From assembly GCA_010909165.1 (NCBI GenBank), contig VJWM01000273.1, positions 62,001 to 126,000 of the forward strand: a stretch of DNA of 64,000 nt, written 5' to 3'. How positions within the stretch are numbered: the first letter of the stretch is position 1; each line of letters begins with the position of its first letter. Source of the stretch: Anthoceros angustus (taxonomy: Eukaryota; Plantae; Anthocerotophyta). This document shows, one piece after another, positions 27,011 through 40,200 of this stretch. Made by a program: the position numbers and the translations under genes. The notes under the pieces are model-generated. The model saw only the letters and a list, made by a program, of their open reading frames with translations, made no database searches and was not told the DNA's origin.

Positions 27011-27889
27011 ATAGATTTTGAAGGCCAACAATGAAGTCTACGGTTGGCCAAGAGGAGGACAATAGGGTCCTCATGATGATGAAGGAGCGCAGTGCAGAGG
27101 CCTGATTTTGATGAGGCTAAACATGGACTCCGAGGAACTGGGAGAAGGTGGAGAAGAGAGCGCGGTGAGTGGAAGATGGCGTGAGAGCAAGGAGGGGGAC
27201 AGCCTCCGGGGGGTCACCTACCACCAGAGACACCACCACCAGTAGTCCGCCAGATGCGGTAGACAACCACCCACGTAGTCCGCCACTACCGGGTAAGCAA
27301 CCGCGCGGGCTTGGGGGAGCGGCCGCCGAGGCTCGAGGGGAAGGAGCCCAGTGACACACCCCGGAATAGAAGAGGAGGTGGGGAGACAACCCCACCGAGG
27401 ACCAAGGACGGGTCCACCCGAGGAAGGGGAGGAGGGTGAGAAGTTCCCTCACCCGATAAGGGAAGAGCTGTGAGAAGAGATGCAAAAAGGGCCCAAGAAG
27501 TTAGACATCACCAAAATTGGGGAAAAGACTTTGAGAAATGCTCCATGATAGGTATGGACAAATCAAACAGGAAAGGAGCAAGGAGATCTCCACCCAAGAG
27601 ACATCCGATGGAGAAGAAGAGAAGAAGGAGAAGGACTGACTACCATGGTAGTCACCACCCCGTAGTCCCGTGACCACCGCGAGTGAGCAAGGAAAGGGGC
27701 GCCTGAGGCGCGGAGGGGCGCGATTGCTGGAGGACAGAGAATGTGGCGCGCCCGCGGAGATGGAGGAAGGGGCAGATTGTACTTGCCCCACACATTGGGA
27801 AGATGACAAGGACTGGGAAGGCAAGAGCAAAAGGAGGGCGAGGGAGCCAATCCACAACGCTGGCCACCACCCAAAGAGATGAAGACTAG

Positions 27890-29997
27890 AATGGTCAAAG
27901 ACCATAAATGATGAGAGGAATAATAGAAAGGATAGGTGATGTAGGTCGACATCCTTTAAGGATGATTAGGTGAAGTTGCTAGAATAGAATTTACCAAGGA
28001 TCGATAATACTTAGATGCCAGCCTTAAATGTCAAGTAGGAAATAATAGAATATTGGAAAAGGTGACCGCAGAGGGTCACCTAAGGGAGGTTGTATGTGGA
28101 AGGCCTCCTATAAGAGGAGGAGGATTTCACAAAGTAAAGTATCATGTCTTGCGCCCATACTCCCGAGTCCTTTGCCTTGTAAAGGAATTTCGTGAGCCAA
28201 CGCATTCGTAGAGAGGAAGTCATGGTCGGAGTGCTTGGTGGAGGACTTGCTCGCAAGTGCCTAAACGAGTTGCTCCTTGTGAATGGTTGTGAAATTGCTT
28301 TGCTTTGGGTGTGTGGCAATGCCTGTGAACTCTGAGAGGTAGATCCAGGAAAGACTGGAGGTTCTCACGAGTGTCAAACTCATAGCAACCGCCCAAGGAA
28401 GAACTTGGGTGGAGGCCGACCCTGTGCCAGCTGTAAGGGCGAGTCAAGAAGCCCGAATCGAGGTTAGAATAGGAGGAAGAGGATGAGATGAGTAGAGGAT
28501 TAGAGGTGTAGGTGTTAGTGGAAGGCCACGCAGAGCCTAAGGGACGAATCCCAACTGCAAGTAAAAGAGCGCCCCCGAGTGGAGAAGAGTGGTCTTAGAA
28601 GTAGGGACGAAATTGCGTGTGGATGTGGGGTCCCGGGCGCCCGTGATAGGCTCCTCCCGCTAAGGCGTGACCTGCAATTGTGTGTCGCTGTAGGTCGAGG
28701 ATTGGTGATTTTTCGAAAGGCAAGTGGTGCACTGAAGAGGGAGAGTAGAGGGCGCCTTGCTTGTTTAGAAGGCTGAGAAGTTGTGTCACCGCAGTAGCGA
28801 TCGGCATCACAGACCCTCGAACTTTCACACAGTCTCATGGGACGAAACCCAACGCACGGCGGCAAAGGACAAGTGTGGCCGCTTAGAGTGGGAGGATCCT
28901 GGGAGCCCCGGGTTTTCCTACCACACAATCCATGGGGAGACGCCCCTACCCTCAAAGCAGGATTAGGACTAGGTATGGTCAAAGGCCATAAATGAACTAG
29001 GAGAGAGGAAGGATAGGTGAGATAGGATGACATCCTTTAAGGATGATCTTAGGTGAGTTGCTAGAATAGAATTCACCCAATCGTTGCACTTAGATGCCTT
29101 AAATGTCAGAGGGAAATAATAGAATATTGGAAAAGGTGACCGCGGAGGGTCACCAAGGGAGGTGTATGAAGGCCCTCAAGAGGAGGAGGATTTTGCCACA
29201 AAAAGTATCGCCCGCGCCCATACCGCAAGTCCTTTGCCCTGTAAAGGAATTTTGTGCCAGCTGTGAGCCAACGTCATTCGGTAGAGAGGAAGTCGCGTGG
29301 CGGAGTTTGGTGGAGGGCTTGCTCCCGCAAGTGCCTAAACGAGTTGCTCCTTGTGAATGGTTGCCGTGAAATTGCTTTGCTTTGGGTGTGTGGCAATGCC
29401 TGTGAACTCTCGGCTTGAGGGTAGACTACAGGGAAAGACTCGGAGGTTCTCACGGTGTCAAACCCATAGCAACCGCCCAAGGAAGAACTTGGTGTAGGCC
29501 GACCGGCAAGCAGCTTGCAGCCGAGGCCAAGTGTCGAACTGAGGTTAATAGGAGGAAGAGGAGGAGATGAAAAGAGGATTAGAGTGTAGGTGCTAGTGGA
29601 AGGCCACAGGCAGAGCCTAAGGGACGAATCCCAAATCTGCAAGTAAAAGGGCGCTCCCTGAGTGGAGAAGATTGGTCTTTGAAGTAGGGACGAAATTGCG
29701 GTGTGGATCAGGGGGTCCCTGGACGCCCGTGATAGGCTCCTCGCTGCTAAGGCAAGACCTGCAATTGTGTGTCATTGTAGGTCGAGGATTGATTTTTCTA
29801 GCAAGGCAAGTGTGTGTAAGAGGAGAGAGGGCGCCTGCTTGTTTAGAAGGTCGAAGTTGTGTCACGCAGTAGCGATTGTTTCCACAAGACTCAGCTTTTA
29901 CACAAGTCTCATGGGACTAAAACCCAACGCGTAAGCGATAGTGGGATAAGTGTGGCCGCTTAGAGGGGCTCTAAGCCCCGGGTTTTCCTCCCAGACA
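27890..29997 (+). repeat. Two tandem copies (~1.08 kb period) of the 3' UTR/PPT-like tract plus LTR of the GC-rich family
   Basis: ggtcaaag(a/g)ccataaatga...ccccgggttttcct.cca.aCA occurs twice, ending at ~28924 and ~29997; homologous to the reverse LTR at 34482-35500. Confidence 0.7.
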
Positions 29998-31169
29998 TAC
30001 TTCATTGGAAATGCACATACATATATAGACAAATACAACAAGAGGAAAGACACGCAAAACTTCAAACCTTGACAGAAGAGAAGAACTGAATTTTCCGTAC
30101 CACAAACACCATGAACAAAACATACACAAATCCGTCCTCAAAGGCCTTCAACAACCTTTGAGCGGCAAAAACACGCACCAATACCAACAGAAGACCGGCA
30201 AAACCGCCATGCAAATGCCACAACAGTACAGACAATAGGACACAAACTAGAAAACAAGGACACTTACAACGAGCAGCAGCGAAACGAGAACGGCCAAACC
30301 GCCACACAAAACAACACCAGAAAAGACACCGGCCTTTAATCTCAGAAACTTGACCTTCGAAGGCGAACAACCTTAACGTTCAGAAACGAACAACGTTCAG
30401 AAACGAAATACAAATGGAACTGAGAAACCGAGATAGAAGCCGAAACAAGCAAAGCGATGTGAAGTACAACAGTACGCAGGACAACATCAACAATCAAGGA
30501 GGCTGAAAACAATCGCACAAAACAAGAAAACCAGAATGACAAAAAGACGACACCAAACAAAGGTGTAAACATATAAGGAGGATCTTCGCTTTAACCTCTA
30601 GAAACTTAGCCATCGAAACCAACCAACCTTCCGGGAAGAGGCGATGGCCCACGGATGAAAAAACGAATCACCATCATAACAGAACAACAACTACTAAACT
30701 AGACCGGCCTTGGACATACCTATCCTCGCAATAAGGACGCAAACCAAGATGACCTTGGCCTTCGGACGTGCAACATACCAAAGAAAACGGAGTAAACAGA
30801 AGACCTGGACGCTCAAAACTAAGACAAAGAACAAACCAAAAGATGCAAGAACCTTGGCCCTCGGAGCAAAGTGGAAAAGACCTTGAAATGTGGAGAAAGC
30901 GCTTAAATAGCCTATCAAACCCTAGGGTTTCTCCTTCACATGCCGCTTCTCTCTCTAGGCCTCATTTGAATTTTCCGAACCTAGATTTCCGAGGGTGACA
31001 AACCTAACTAAGTTAAGGATTGGTCGTACCGCCACCCTACCTTCCCAAACCTAGCCCGACTTTGCCAAACCTAAACTTAAACTACTAAACCAAAACCGGG
31101 CGTGACGAACCTCCCGACAATCGAAGTGCCACGCACACTTCCCCGGAAACATTGAGAACCCTAACATTC

Positions 31170-34100
31170 GCTTATATAAACCCGCGGAGAGTTGTGGTCT
31201 GTGCGCGCCCCGCCACCGTTGTCCCTCGCTGGCCAAGCATTTGCCTCCGTCTGGAAGCGGGAGCGCGGCGGTGATGGAGCGAGCGTCTCTTCTTGTCATA
31301 GGCCCAGAACTTGTTTTCACGAGAGTCCGCAGCAAGGTGGTGGATGGTTGTCCAAAAGCTCTCGCTCACGTTATGCTCCAACGACCTAGAACGCTTGAGG
31401 TCTCGCAAAACAACTTGGAGCCCACCAAGAAAAGTCAATCTGCGACGCGAGGTAAAAGCAGAGCTTCCCTTGTTCTTTTCGCAAAGGTGTGCATTGATCG
31501 CCTTTCTTGCGCCAATATGGTTAGCGCATACATTTAAGTGTTTTCTCATTTTGTTGCTCAGCAACTTGATTGCACCCGGTGGCAATGTGGTGGATTTTAC
31601 TGCCTCAAAGTTCTCGCTCGTTACGCTCCAACGATCGAGAACCACGTGTCTCGCTAGAGCCTACCAGAAAGCCGGTTTGCAAGCGCTAAGGTAACACGAG
31701 TTTCTCTTGCTTTCGCCAAGACACTCGACAAGAAGCGCCCTTTCTCATCGCCATATGGTCATGTCACATATGGTTTTGGGTGAATACACAACGATTTGCA
31801 TAAACTCGCCAGTCGGTATCCTTGCACTAATACATCGCTTGAATACATCGATCCGTTGCTCATGTAGTTGTCTTGTTCAGTGCAACCACCTCATTTCCGC
31901 CCATATCCATCCGCAGCATCAGCCACACTCATGCCTCAAGTCGAGCTCCATCCGCATCCACTAACCTCATCGCTTCCTGCACTAAGGGCGGTTCTTTACT
32001 TGACGGCTACATTTGAAGCTTGTGCCAATCGGACAACCTAAAGGTGATCATGTCTATGTGCGTTCTTGCTGAAATTCTGATTCTTCCACACCCTTCCTTA
32101 TCTCAGCTTGCTTATGGCGCCATATATTTCGGGATCGTCTGGAGTTTCAAGAACTCGCCTTTTCCATGTATTCTACAACTCGACAACTGCCGTCACTTTG
32201 TAAATGACGGCAATACGGGCGTGGTGTCTTGCCAATAAACACGGCTTTGATAAACGGCAAGGTGAGGCTAAACAATGCTTAGTGTCAAATGTCTGCTCAA
32301 AGTCCAATGCCCTGGTTTCAGCTTGAAACGGCCATCCAACAACACCGAATTTTCCGCCTCCACCAATGAAATGCTAGTTAACCCGTTTTCGATGTCCATA
32401 CGATGCGGGCGGCATGCTAACATCGGTGGAATACTGCGCACGCTGGCGGCATGTGACGCGTGCTATGTGGCGGCATCGCGGCTAGATGCTCGCGACGCTG
32501 CCTTGCACACGCTCGGCCCCAGACTAAGATGCGAGGATCTGGCAAAGATGTTTACGCGGCAAAATGTACAATCGATGTATCAAACACGTACTAAACTCCT
32601 ATGCCTTCAAATATTAATGAATGAAAGCAACTCTTTAAATGGTCGATATCAAGGTAACCACTTGTCATTTTCCTAGTTTAAAGTTCAAACGATGAAACCG
32701 TAATCAAAACAATACTTATGTAAAGCCTACCATAGGAGCATAGAGCCACAAACAACAATAGTTGGCGGTTAGACAATCATGTTCCACCCATGGGATCCGG
32801 ATATAGACCGAGATTCAAATCCCTCTCGAAATACGAAAGATAGTTGAGAAAGCTCATTTTGTCACATGCCTATTTGGAAAGTTGAGAGGCATATATCTCA
32901 ATGTATGTTCTCCGCCTCGCAGCACACTATGTTCACATCCATGGACAAACAAGATCAGAACTCCTTTGCCAAGAAACTGCCTAACCGAGAAAATTAAAAA
33001 GTAAAACTTTTCGACACCATGTACTAGATTATAGGATTGAGAATTGTCTATCACAATGACCCTTTAATGCTTGCAGTGTGATATAAAGAAGAATCTAAGA
33101 TCAACCGCTCAATTAGAGTTGGAGACAATGACTTTGGTCGAGGTTCAACATCAAATCTCGATCTACCGATATTGAGGTATTTTAACAAATAATCCTGCCA
33201 TTAATAGTTGCATGTATAATTATAATAAAAATATTTATTAATCTTTTTACAGGTGTCAGTAGAACAAGATGCTAAGGAAAAAAAGGAAAAATAGAAGTAA
33301 TGGATTTATAAAATCGACAAACAAATTATCTCTCATCAGTTGGTTAAAGTCATAATTTGGCTATTTGCATTTGATTTTAGCAACTTAAACTAATTGCTGT
33401 ATTTCCAAAGCGTAAAAGAGAAAATAGATGAGTTCAAGATAATGCACCAACGTATGGCCCGTCGAGGAATTTGCTTGATTATGGAAAATGGATGAATAAC
33501 TTCCAATATCCACAAGTATTCCAAGATTTCAAACATAATATGTTCCCATTTGGGAACATAGTCTTAAAGATCCAGCAGCCAATCCTCAATGAAGATGGGT
33601 CTACACCAACACTACAACAAAGACATGGAGATACAAAGAAGTAAGATTCTTGGATTAATTGGTTTGTGTGAAGTAATACTATTAATACCTTGTATTTTGG
33701 TAATGTAGAGATATCGGAAGCCATCGAAAATAAGGAGCTGAAAACTACAGACTTGTTGTCCCTCATGGAAGATCCAGAAACAACAAAAAACATTCAAAAG
33801 GTCTGTTTATATTAAGATTTCCTGTATATAAAAATATCGAAATTCTGAAGTTGGTGTCTCTTTGCAGAACGTACAATCACATTTCCGCAATGTGGAAAAT
33901 CTTCACAGCCATTGCTTAACATTAGTCAGAAAGGTATTTACCGAGCAAGATCTACTTCGACTTGAAATGAGGTAAAATATTAACCTTTTTACCTTTTTTG
34001 TAGCTATCAAAGAATCAAAAGGAGTTGTTTGCCGCTTTGAGGTTAGTATATAAGATTTTGAATAGTTATATTCAATTTGCACAATTTCTTACATTGTAAT

Positions 34101-34200
34101 TGCCTGAAAATATTCGCTTGACGAGATACAAATGATAAACTTTCTATCCTGCCGATAATGAGCAGAGGAAGAAACCTCAAGACCGTGCACATCCAAAATC
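31170..34200 (+). CDS. Multi-exon orphan gene or gene relic, product unknown
   Basis: TATATAAA at ~31173. GT-AG bounded exons such as 33253-33297 (VSVEQDAKEKKENR), ~33710-33800 (ISEAIENKELKTTDLLSLMEDPETTKNIQK) and 33868-33971 (NVQSHFRNVENLHSHCLTLVRKVFTEQDLLRLEM). Confidence 0.4.
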
Positions 34201-34481
34201 ACCGTGTACACCCTTCAACTCCGTAGAATATACCTAGGAAGTATGTCATAAGTCCGTAGAAACTTTAAAAAGTACTGTAAACGGTGGAAAATAGCTCGAA
34301 CACTTTAATGTGCGAAAGTCAAAACCCGATAGTTGTTTTACTTGAAAGAGAGAGAAAAGGAGTTGTGTCGGGTGCATAGGGCAACACTTAGTGCGTGACA
34401 GACGGCTATCGCTCTCAGCCGAGGCGCACACTCCTGTAGCTCCCGCCCTTACGCTGAAGACGGGCTTGGCGCAAAAGAAAT

Positions 34482-35500
34482 TGTGGGAGGGATCCCGGCT
34501 CCTTAGATGCACCTCTAGCGCCACACTTATCCCACCGCTGCTTAGACGCTGGGTTTCGGCCCCATGAGACTTGTGGAACTACAATCTTGAGAAATCATAC
34601 CACCAGTACACACACTCACCTTCTCTAAACAAGCAAGGCGCCTCTCACGCTCCTCTACAGTACCGCATCGCTCAGAACTCACCAAACCTCAACCTACAAC
34701 GACACCACACAATTGCAGGTCACGTCTTAACAGCAAGGTGTCTATCACGGGCGCCCAGGGACCCCCTGACCCACACCGCAACTTCGTCCCTACTCCTAAG
34801 ACACTCTTCTCCACACAGGGAGCGCCCTCTTACTTGCAGATTTGGGATTCGTCCCTTAGGCTCTGCCTGTGGCCTTCCGTTTTTCCTACACTCTAATCCT
34901 CCTCACAACTCTCTCAATCAACAACGCCCTCTTCTTCTCTACTCATCTACCCTTCCTTCCTCCACAATCTCCTACTCTAACACCAATTGCTGGCTCATTA
35001 ATTCCAACTCGCCCTTACGACAATCCTGGGTCCGTCCGGAAATTAACGAGTTCTTCCTTGGGCTATGTGGTTTGTACCAGACGAGAACCTGTGGAGTCTT
35101 TCCGTAGTCTACCCTCAAGCCGAGAGTTCCTTGAGCATCGCCACACACTCAAAGCAAAACAATTCACACAAAGAACCATTCACAAGGGGAGCTAGGGGCG
35201 CCTGCAAAGAGCAAGCCCTCCACCCACTCCGACCGCGCGTTCTCCTCTCTACCTGGCTTTTTGCAGAAATTCTGCACACAAAGTGAAGGACTGGAGGATG
35301 GGAGCGCAAGACACGATAATTTTACTTCACAAGCTCCCTCCTTTTATAGGGAGGTCCTCATACAGCCTCGGCGCGCCTCCGGCACTCACTCCTTATTTTA
35401 GTGTATCCTATTGCGACTTTTTAAGTTCGACATCCAAGCATCTTGGGTAAAATTCTATTCTAGCAAATTCACCTATGTGAGCCTTAATGGCTCCTCAACA
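34482..35500 (-). repeat. LTR of copy D of the GC-rich family
   Basis: Reverse complement matches the LTRs at 27940-29997; ends ...cctcccaCA at 34482; inner boundary approximate. Confidence 0.65.
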
Positions 35501-36826
35501 TTCCTATCTAGCTAGTCAACACACTTCATGACAAGCATTAATGCTGTCCTCCTCTAAAGAAAAGTCTTCCAAGTGGCATCTTGTCCCATGTCTTCAAGCT
35601 AATTTAAGGACTTCTTATGAATCCCTTCCTTATCTTGATGCCTATCTTGAGTTCCTTCCTCCAATAAAATAGCCCGGCTCTCTTAGCCACCGGCTCATCC
35701 TCGCCTCCTCTTCCTCTCACTTGTGGAGCAAGTGAGCCTTGCTCCCCTGCACCCATGTTAGGAGGTTGGTCTTCTCCTTGTGATTCTTGCTCCATTCTGC
35801 AAGATCAACCCCTCTTCCTTCTTTTCCCGCAAGGGCCAAGGTACGCCTCCCTCACAAATCCATGCTAGCAGCCTTTGAATCCGCTTCTTCCGGCCCTCCT
35901 ACCATGGTAGGACCTTCTCCTACGGTAGGAGTCCCTCACCAGGGAACTCCTCCTACCACGGTAGGAGTTCCTACCGGGTTTTCTTCTTCCTTACCCCTTC
36001 CGGGTGATTCTCTCCACTGCAGCTTCCGCTTCACTTGCTTCTCCACAGTGCGAAGTTTCTTCACCGTTGCTTGGGACACTCTCCAAGTCTAAGGCTTCCG
36101 GTTGGACTTGCATGAGGGCCTCCCTATCATCGTCATGAGGTCCCAACATCCTCCTCTCAGAAGTCGCAACAACTCGTTAGTGGCCTTGAGCACCTTGTTG
36201 TGAAGATGGGCTGCAAATCGTTGTTGTGCCATCTCCAATTCGTAATCCTCAAGCCATACTCCATGCTCACACTTGCTTTTGTAAGCATCTCGCTCAAGGC
36301 CAGCTCACCGCCTTGACATGGAGAGCCACATTCTCCTCTCATTCTGCAGTTGGCGGATCAATCTCTCAGGGCATAATCACCAAATCTTCCCTCACCGCCA
36401 ACATATGCCGCACCACCGCCTCATGACCTTTCTCCTTTGCCATTTCTTCCTCCAACTCCCCTATCCTCCTAGGGAGTTGTGCATTCTCCGTTTTGGACTG
36501 CTTCCATTTCCAATCTTTGGACAAAATGTGTCCGTTCTTCCAGCTCTTCTTCCTTCAATTCCAGCCTCATGGATTTCTCCCAGCTCCTTTTCCATGTCAC
36601 TAATCTTCACACTGTGGCTATGACCCGCTCATGTGCGCCTACTTGCCTTTGTCCCCTCATTTGCTGCAGAGATTGCTCGTCTTGACCTTCCTCCATTAGC
36701 AGCACTTGCTTGTCTTCCGCCTTCTTTTCCCATGTGCGCACCATGTGAGCAAGTTGCTCCACCTTCTCCTCTCGAGCTGCCAATTGCTTGGTAAGAGCCT
36801 TGTTCTCTCGAATATGATTGTTTGTT
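35500..36826 (-). mobile_element. Copy D internal region, downstream half (coiled-coil ORF end)
   Basis: IRENKALTKQLAAREEKVEQLAHMVRTWEKKAEDKQ appears to continue the ORF that breaks at 45883. Confidence 0.55.
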
Positions 36827-37204
36827 GAAGGGGGTGAATATCCAACCCTCCTCGTTGAACGAAACCTCCTTCACTAATAACACATGGTTCCCAAAACCGT
36901 GTTTTTGATTTGGTGTCCCATACCATGGACAATGATTCCTACTGAATGCTTTGTGAAACAACAAAACCGAGGAAGGGTCAAGGGCGCTGGCGGCCGCCTT
37001 AGTGGTCAAAAGTAGTTTGTTTTGTGCGATGATCCATTTCCACATTGACAAAAGGCCTAGTAATAACACAACAAAACTAGGTATGGGTACGTCGTCTGCA
37101 AGCGGTTGGAGACCATCCGCTTTTAGGTTCCGCCAAAATTGACCACTAACGGACAATAGTTCACAACTACAAACGCCTACACGCGCTAACTGACTCAACC
37201 GGTG

Positions 37205-40200
37205 CTTGCTGACACCGAATCATAAACCAAGTTCAGATCCGCTCAAGTTCTTCCTCATCGAAAGTGTCGACTTCAACCAAAGCCCTCGAGTCCTCGTTCC
37301 CATCCGTGTCTTCATCATTACCATCGCCCCGATCGCCAAACGTTCTCGAGTGTTTGTTGGCCAGCCTCCAACAAATCGCCCGCTCTTATTCCGACGGCAC
37401 TCAAAGAAACCACTTGTGCTTTCAAGGAGTCCTTCTCACGATGCAAACCTCCTTTGCCTGTAATCGTGCAAGTCCTCTCCTGGGCTTCAAAATTCAACTC
37501 CTCAAGCGCATCCGGAGCACCTCAAATCCATGAATTCTTTGTGAAATATAACTCGCACATCTCAAGTCACCTCGATGGCGATACAACTCCTTCCCCGCAA
37601 GTAACGCAATAGTTGTGCCGCTCCGAGCATGCATCCAACCCAATCTCCTCTTTGGAGAAGGTTGTAATAAGTCTCGTCATCAACCCTAGTGGTCTCGGGC
37701 GGACCACCAACTTGTCATGTGACATGTAAACTGTTTTTGACAATCGTGGTGAGCAATGAGACCTTCCATTGTTGAATGTTCCATGCATAGCATTTGGTAG
37801 CATTGCATCCCCTTTGTGCTCCCATCCTTGGACCCCATCCGATAGTTATGTATTCCAGTCTCAAATCCACCCTCATTGTTCATGTTTGTCTTGTCCCATA
37901 CGAACGACACCAAGCCCCTTTCTGCTCCACTTTCGCATTGATTCTCGTATGTGCCTCCACTCCATGCATCACAATCATCCTCAGTTCATCGCTAGTGGTC
38001 TTCTCAAAAGCTTTGGAAGAGAATCCATCATTGCTTATCCACCCTCTTGTCCATAGGTCCAATGTTAAAACCTCGGGGCACATCCATGACGAGAAGTGTG
38101 TATTGCCTTGCCCTGAGAAAACCACGCATATCTTGTACATCACGACTTTCGATTTGGTATTGTACGGCTCTCTGATTGATGTGAAAACCTCAAGACCTTC
38201 CTCCGGTCCTTGTCCGCTAATGCACGTCTTCAAGCCCTTTCCAATTGTTTATCTCGAAAATAAAATGGAAGTCACTGAGTTTTGTGACGATGTCTTTCAA
38301 TTGCTGAAAACGTACGTTAGTCATTAGGGAGAGGCGCCCGGCCGCCCTCATTTTCGCGTTGGATTGAAGGCGCTGGCGGCCCTACAAACCCATATATCTG
38401 AGTGAGGCGCGAATGATCAAACATATGGGGACGGGCGAGGGCGCCGGCCGCCCGCATCACCCCCATCCCTGTTCAATATGACGAAACGATGCGGACATAC
38501 CTTTCCGGAGAAGGTGTTGGAATCGAGCTAGCATATTGTCCGTAGAGAATGTAAAGGATACTCCTCGCACCTCTTCAAATGACGAGAGATGCTTCACCAT
38601 TGCTACTTGTATGATATGAAATTTTTTCCAGCATGTGATCTCTTCCTCCATCCCCTTCGGATCTATCCCTTAACACCTTCTGGCGCTTATCGATTTTGGC
38701 CACACTCTCAACCGGTATTCCACGAAAAGATTTCGGCTTGGCCAACATGTCTCTAGGCTTGACACACTATCAACTGCCGGTCATCCGCCAGCTTGCGCTT
38801 CCTTTCTTGCTTGTCCTCAGAACGTGTTTCTTCCGCTCGAAGCTCTCGCCTTCCCATTTGGAAAAATCTTGTCCACATTCTCCCACACCTTCCCATCCCG
38901 CTTAGCAATACAGAATGTGGGTCCGATTGTCCACTTTGTTCGCTTGTACACGCCCTCCCGCCCTTCATCGCCTTCAATCAAACCTAGGACTTTGTACACA
39001 GTATTTCCGTGACATGGTCATTTGCACTTCTTCCCTCTTTGCGATGATCAACTCGTCCCTTAAATACGACTTGCTCTATAAAGTTCATCTTCTTTCTTCG
39101 GACATCATATTGTGATCTGCAAGCACCCGCATCTCATGCAAGAAGCCCACAATACACATGTGCTTCAACATATTGGAACCGCTTCTTTCCGGGTGAGATA
39201 TCGATAAGTGCTTCATAGCTGCGTAGGTGTGGTTACCACCAAGAACTCCCATGACATACTTCTTTGCACGCCATTTCCTTGCTCGATCGACACTCGCTCG
39301 GATCAATCATACACAAAAGAACTCCTCCTCTATCCGCCTTTCGCTATAACACGGGCAAGATAGTTTGCCCAAGCCTCATCAACCCTCCGGATCTGCTGAG
39401 TAACATGCGCCGCCACCTCAAGTTCTCCAACTTCACTAACCTTTTCTGCACCACCTTCGGTATGCGAATCCCTTAAGCGAGTCAATGGATCGCATCCCTC
39501 ATAGCCTCTTCCAACCTTTCCTCGTCGGTTTGAATATGAACGTGGTTATGTCCCCTCCCATGGCATCTTCTCTTCCACCCTTCTTTGCCTTTTGGTTTTC
39601 CTTCCCACCTCCGTCCCCTGTGTGCGCCGCACTTCCCTTGCGCCGCCACTCGAGGTCACACCGTTCGGGCATGAAGGTTGAGGAGCGCCGCCGGCGCCTC
39701 CTCTTCGCCCATACCCACATCCCCGCATCCGCCATGTCCTTTTCTCCAGGGGACGAACCGCTCGACCCGACGCCGCTCTTGCCTGGTGGTGGGAGGATCA
39801 GCCGGGCCGGCCGGCCCCAAACCACCGCACCTTTTGAATCTTATAAACCCCCGGATCCGCGTTGGCGCTCTTGGGAACTGAAGATGACTAGGGCGCCGGC
39901 AGCGCCCCGCGCATCCGGGTCATATTGCATGGTGGGAACCATAAGGAGTCGAGTTAGAAGATTGGGAAGGTCCTCAAGATCTGTCTGATCGTGCCTGATC
40001 CTTCATGTCAATGCGCTTGACCAACTGGTAAAGCCCCATCTTCCTCGTCTGATGGGCCAAGCTCACTCTCCTCATGATCTTCTTCCATACCTTCCACCAC
40101 ATCACCATTCTCTGTATGGAGGCTTGGGCTCGACGCATAGACATTTCCCTCTTGTGGGCCCTCATAGTTTGTGTAATCTTTTCGCAGATAGCTCGTATGA

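Noticed and set aside
275-30000. Numerous 60-220 aa Pro/Arg/Ser-rich ORFs in the ORF track
   Set aside because: Mostly alternative-frame or antisense products of GC-rich, frameshifted repeat DNA.
30900-31100. Telomere-like aaccctag/cctaaac motifs
   Set aside because: Scattered single motifs, not a tandem TTTAGGG array.
32166-32190. LQLDNC peptide resembling the transposase LQLDN motif
   Set aside because: No flanking ENKN, DGMDQ or GHTH motifs; likely coincidence.
37200-38300. Initial reading as CACTA DUF4216 or TnpA
   Set aside because: Frameshift-corrected reading of both copies gives coherent MTase motifs IV and I instead.
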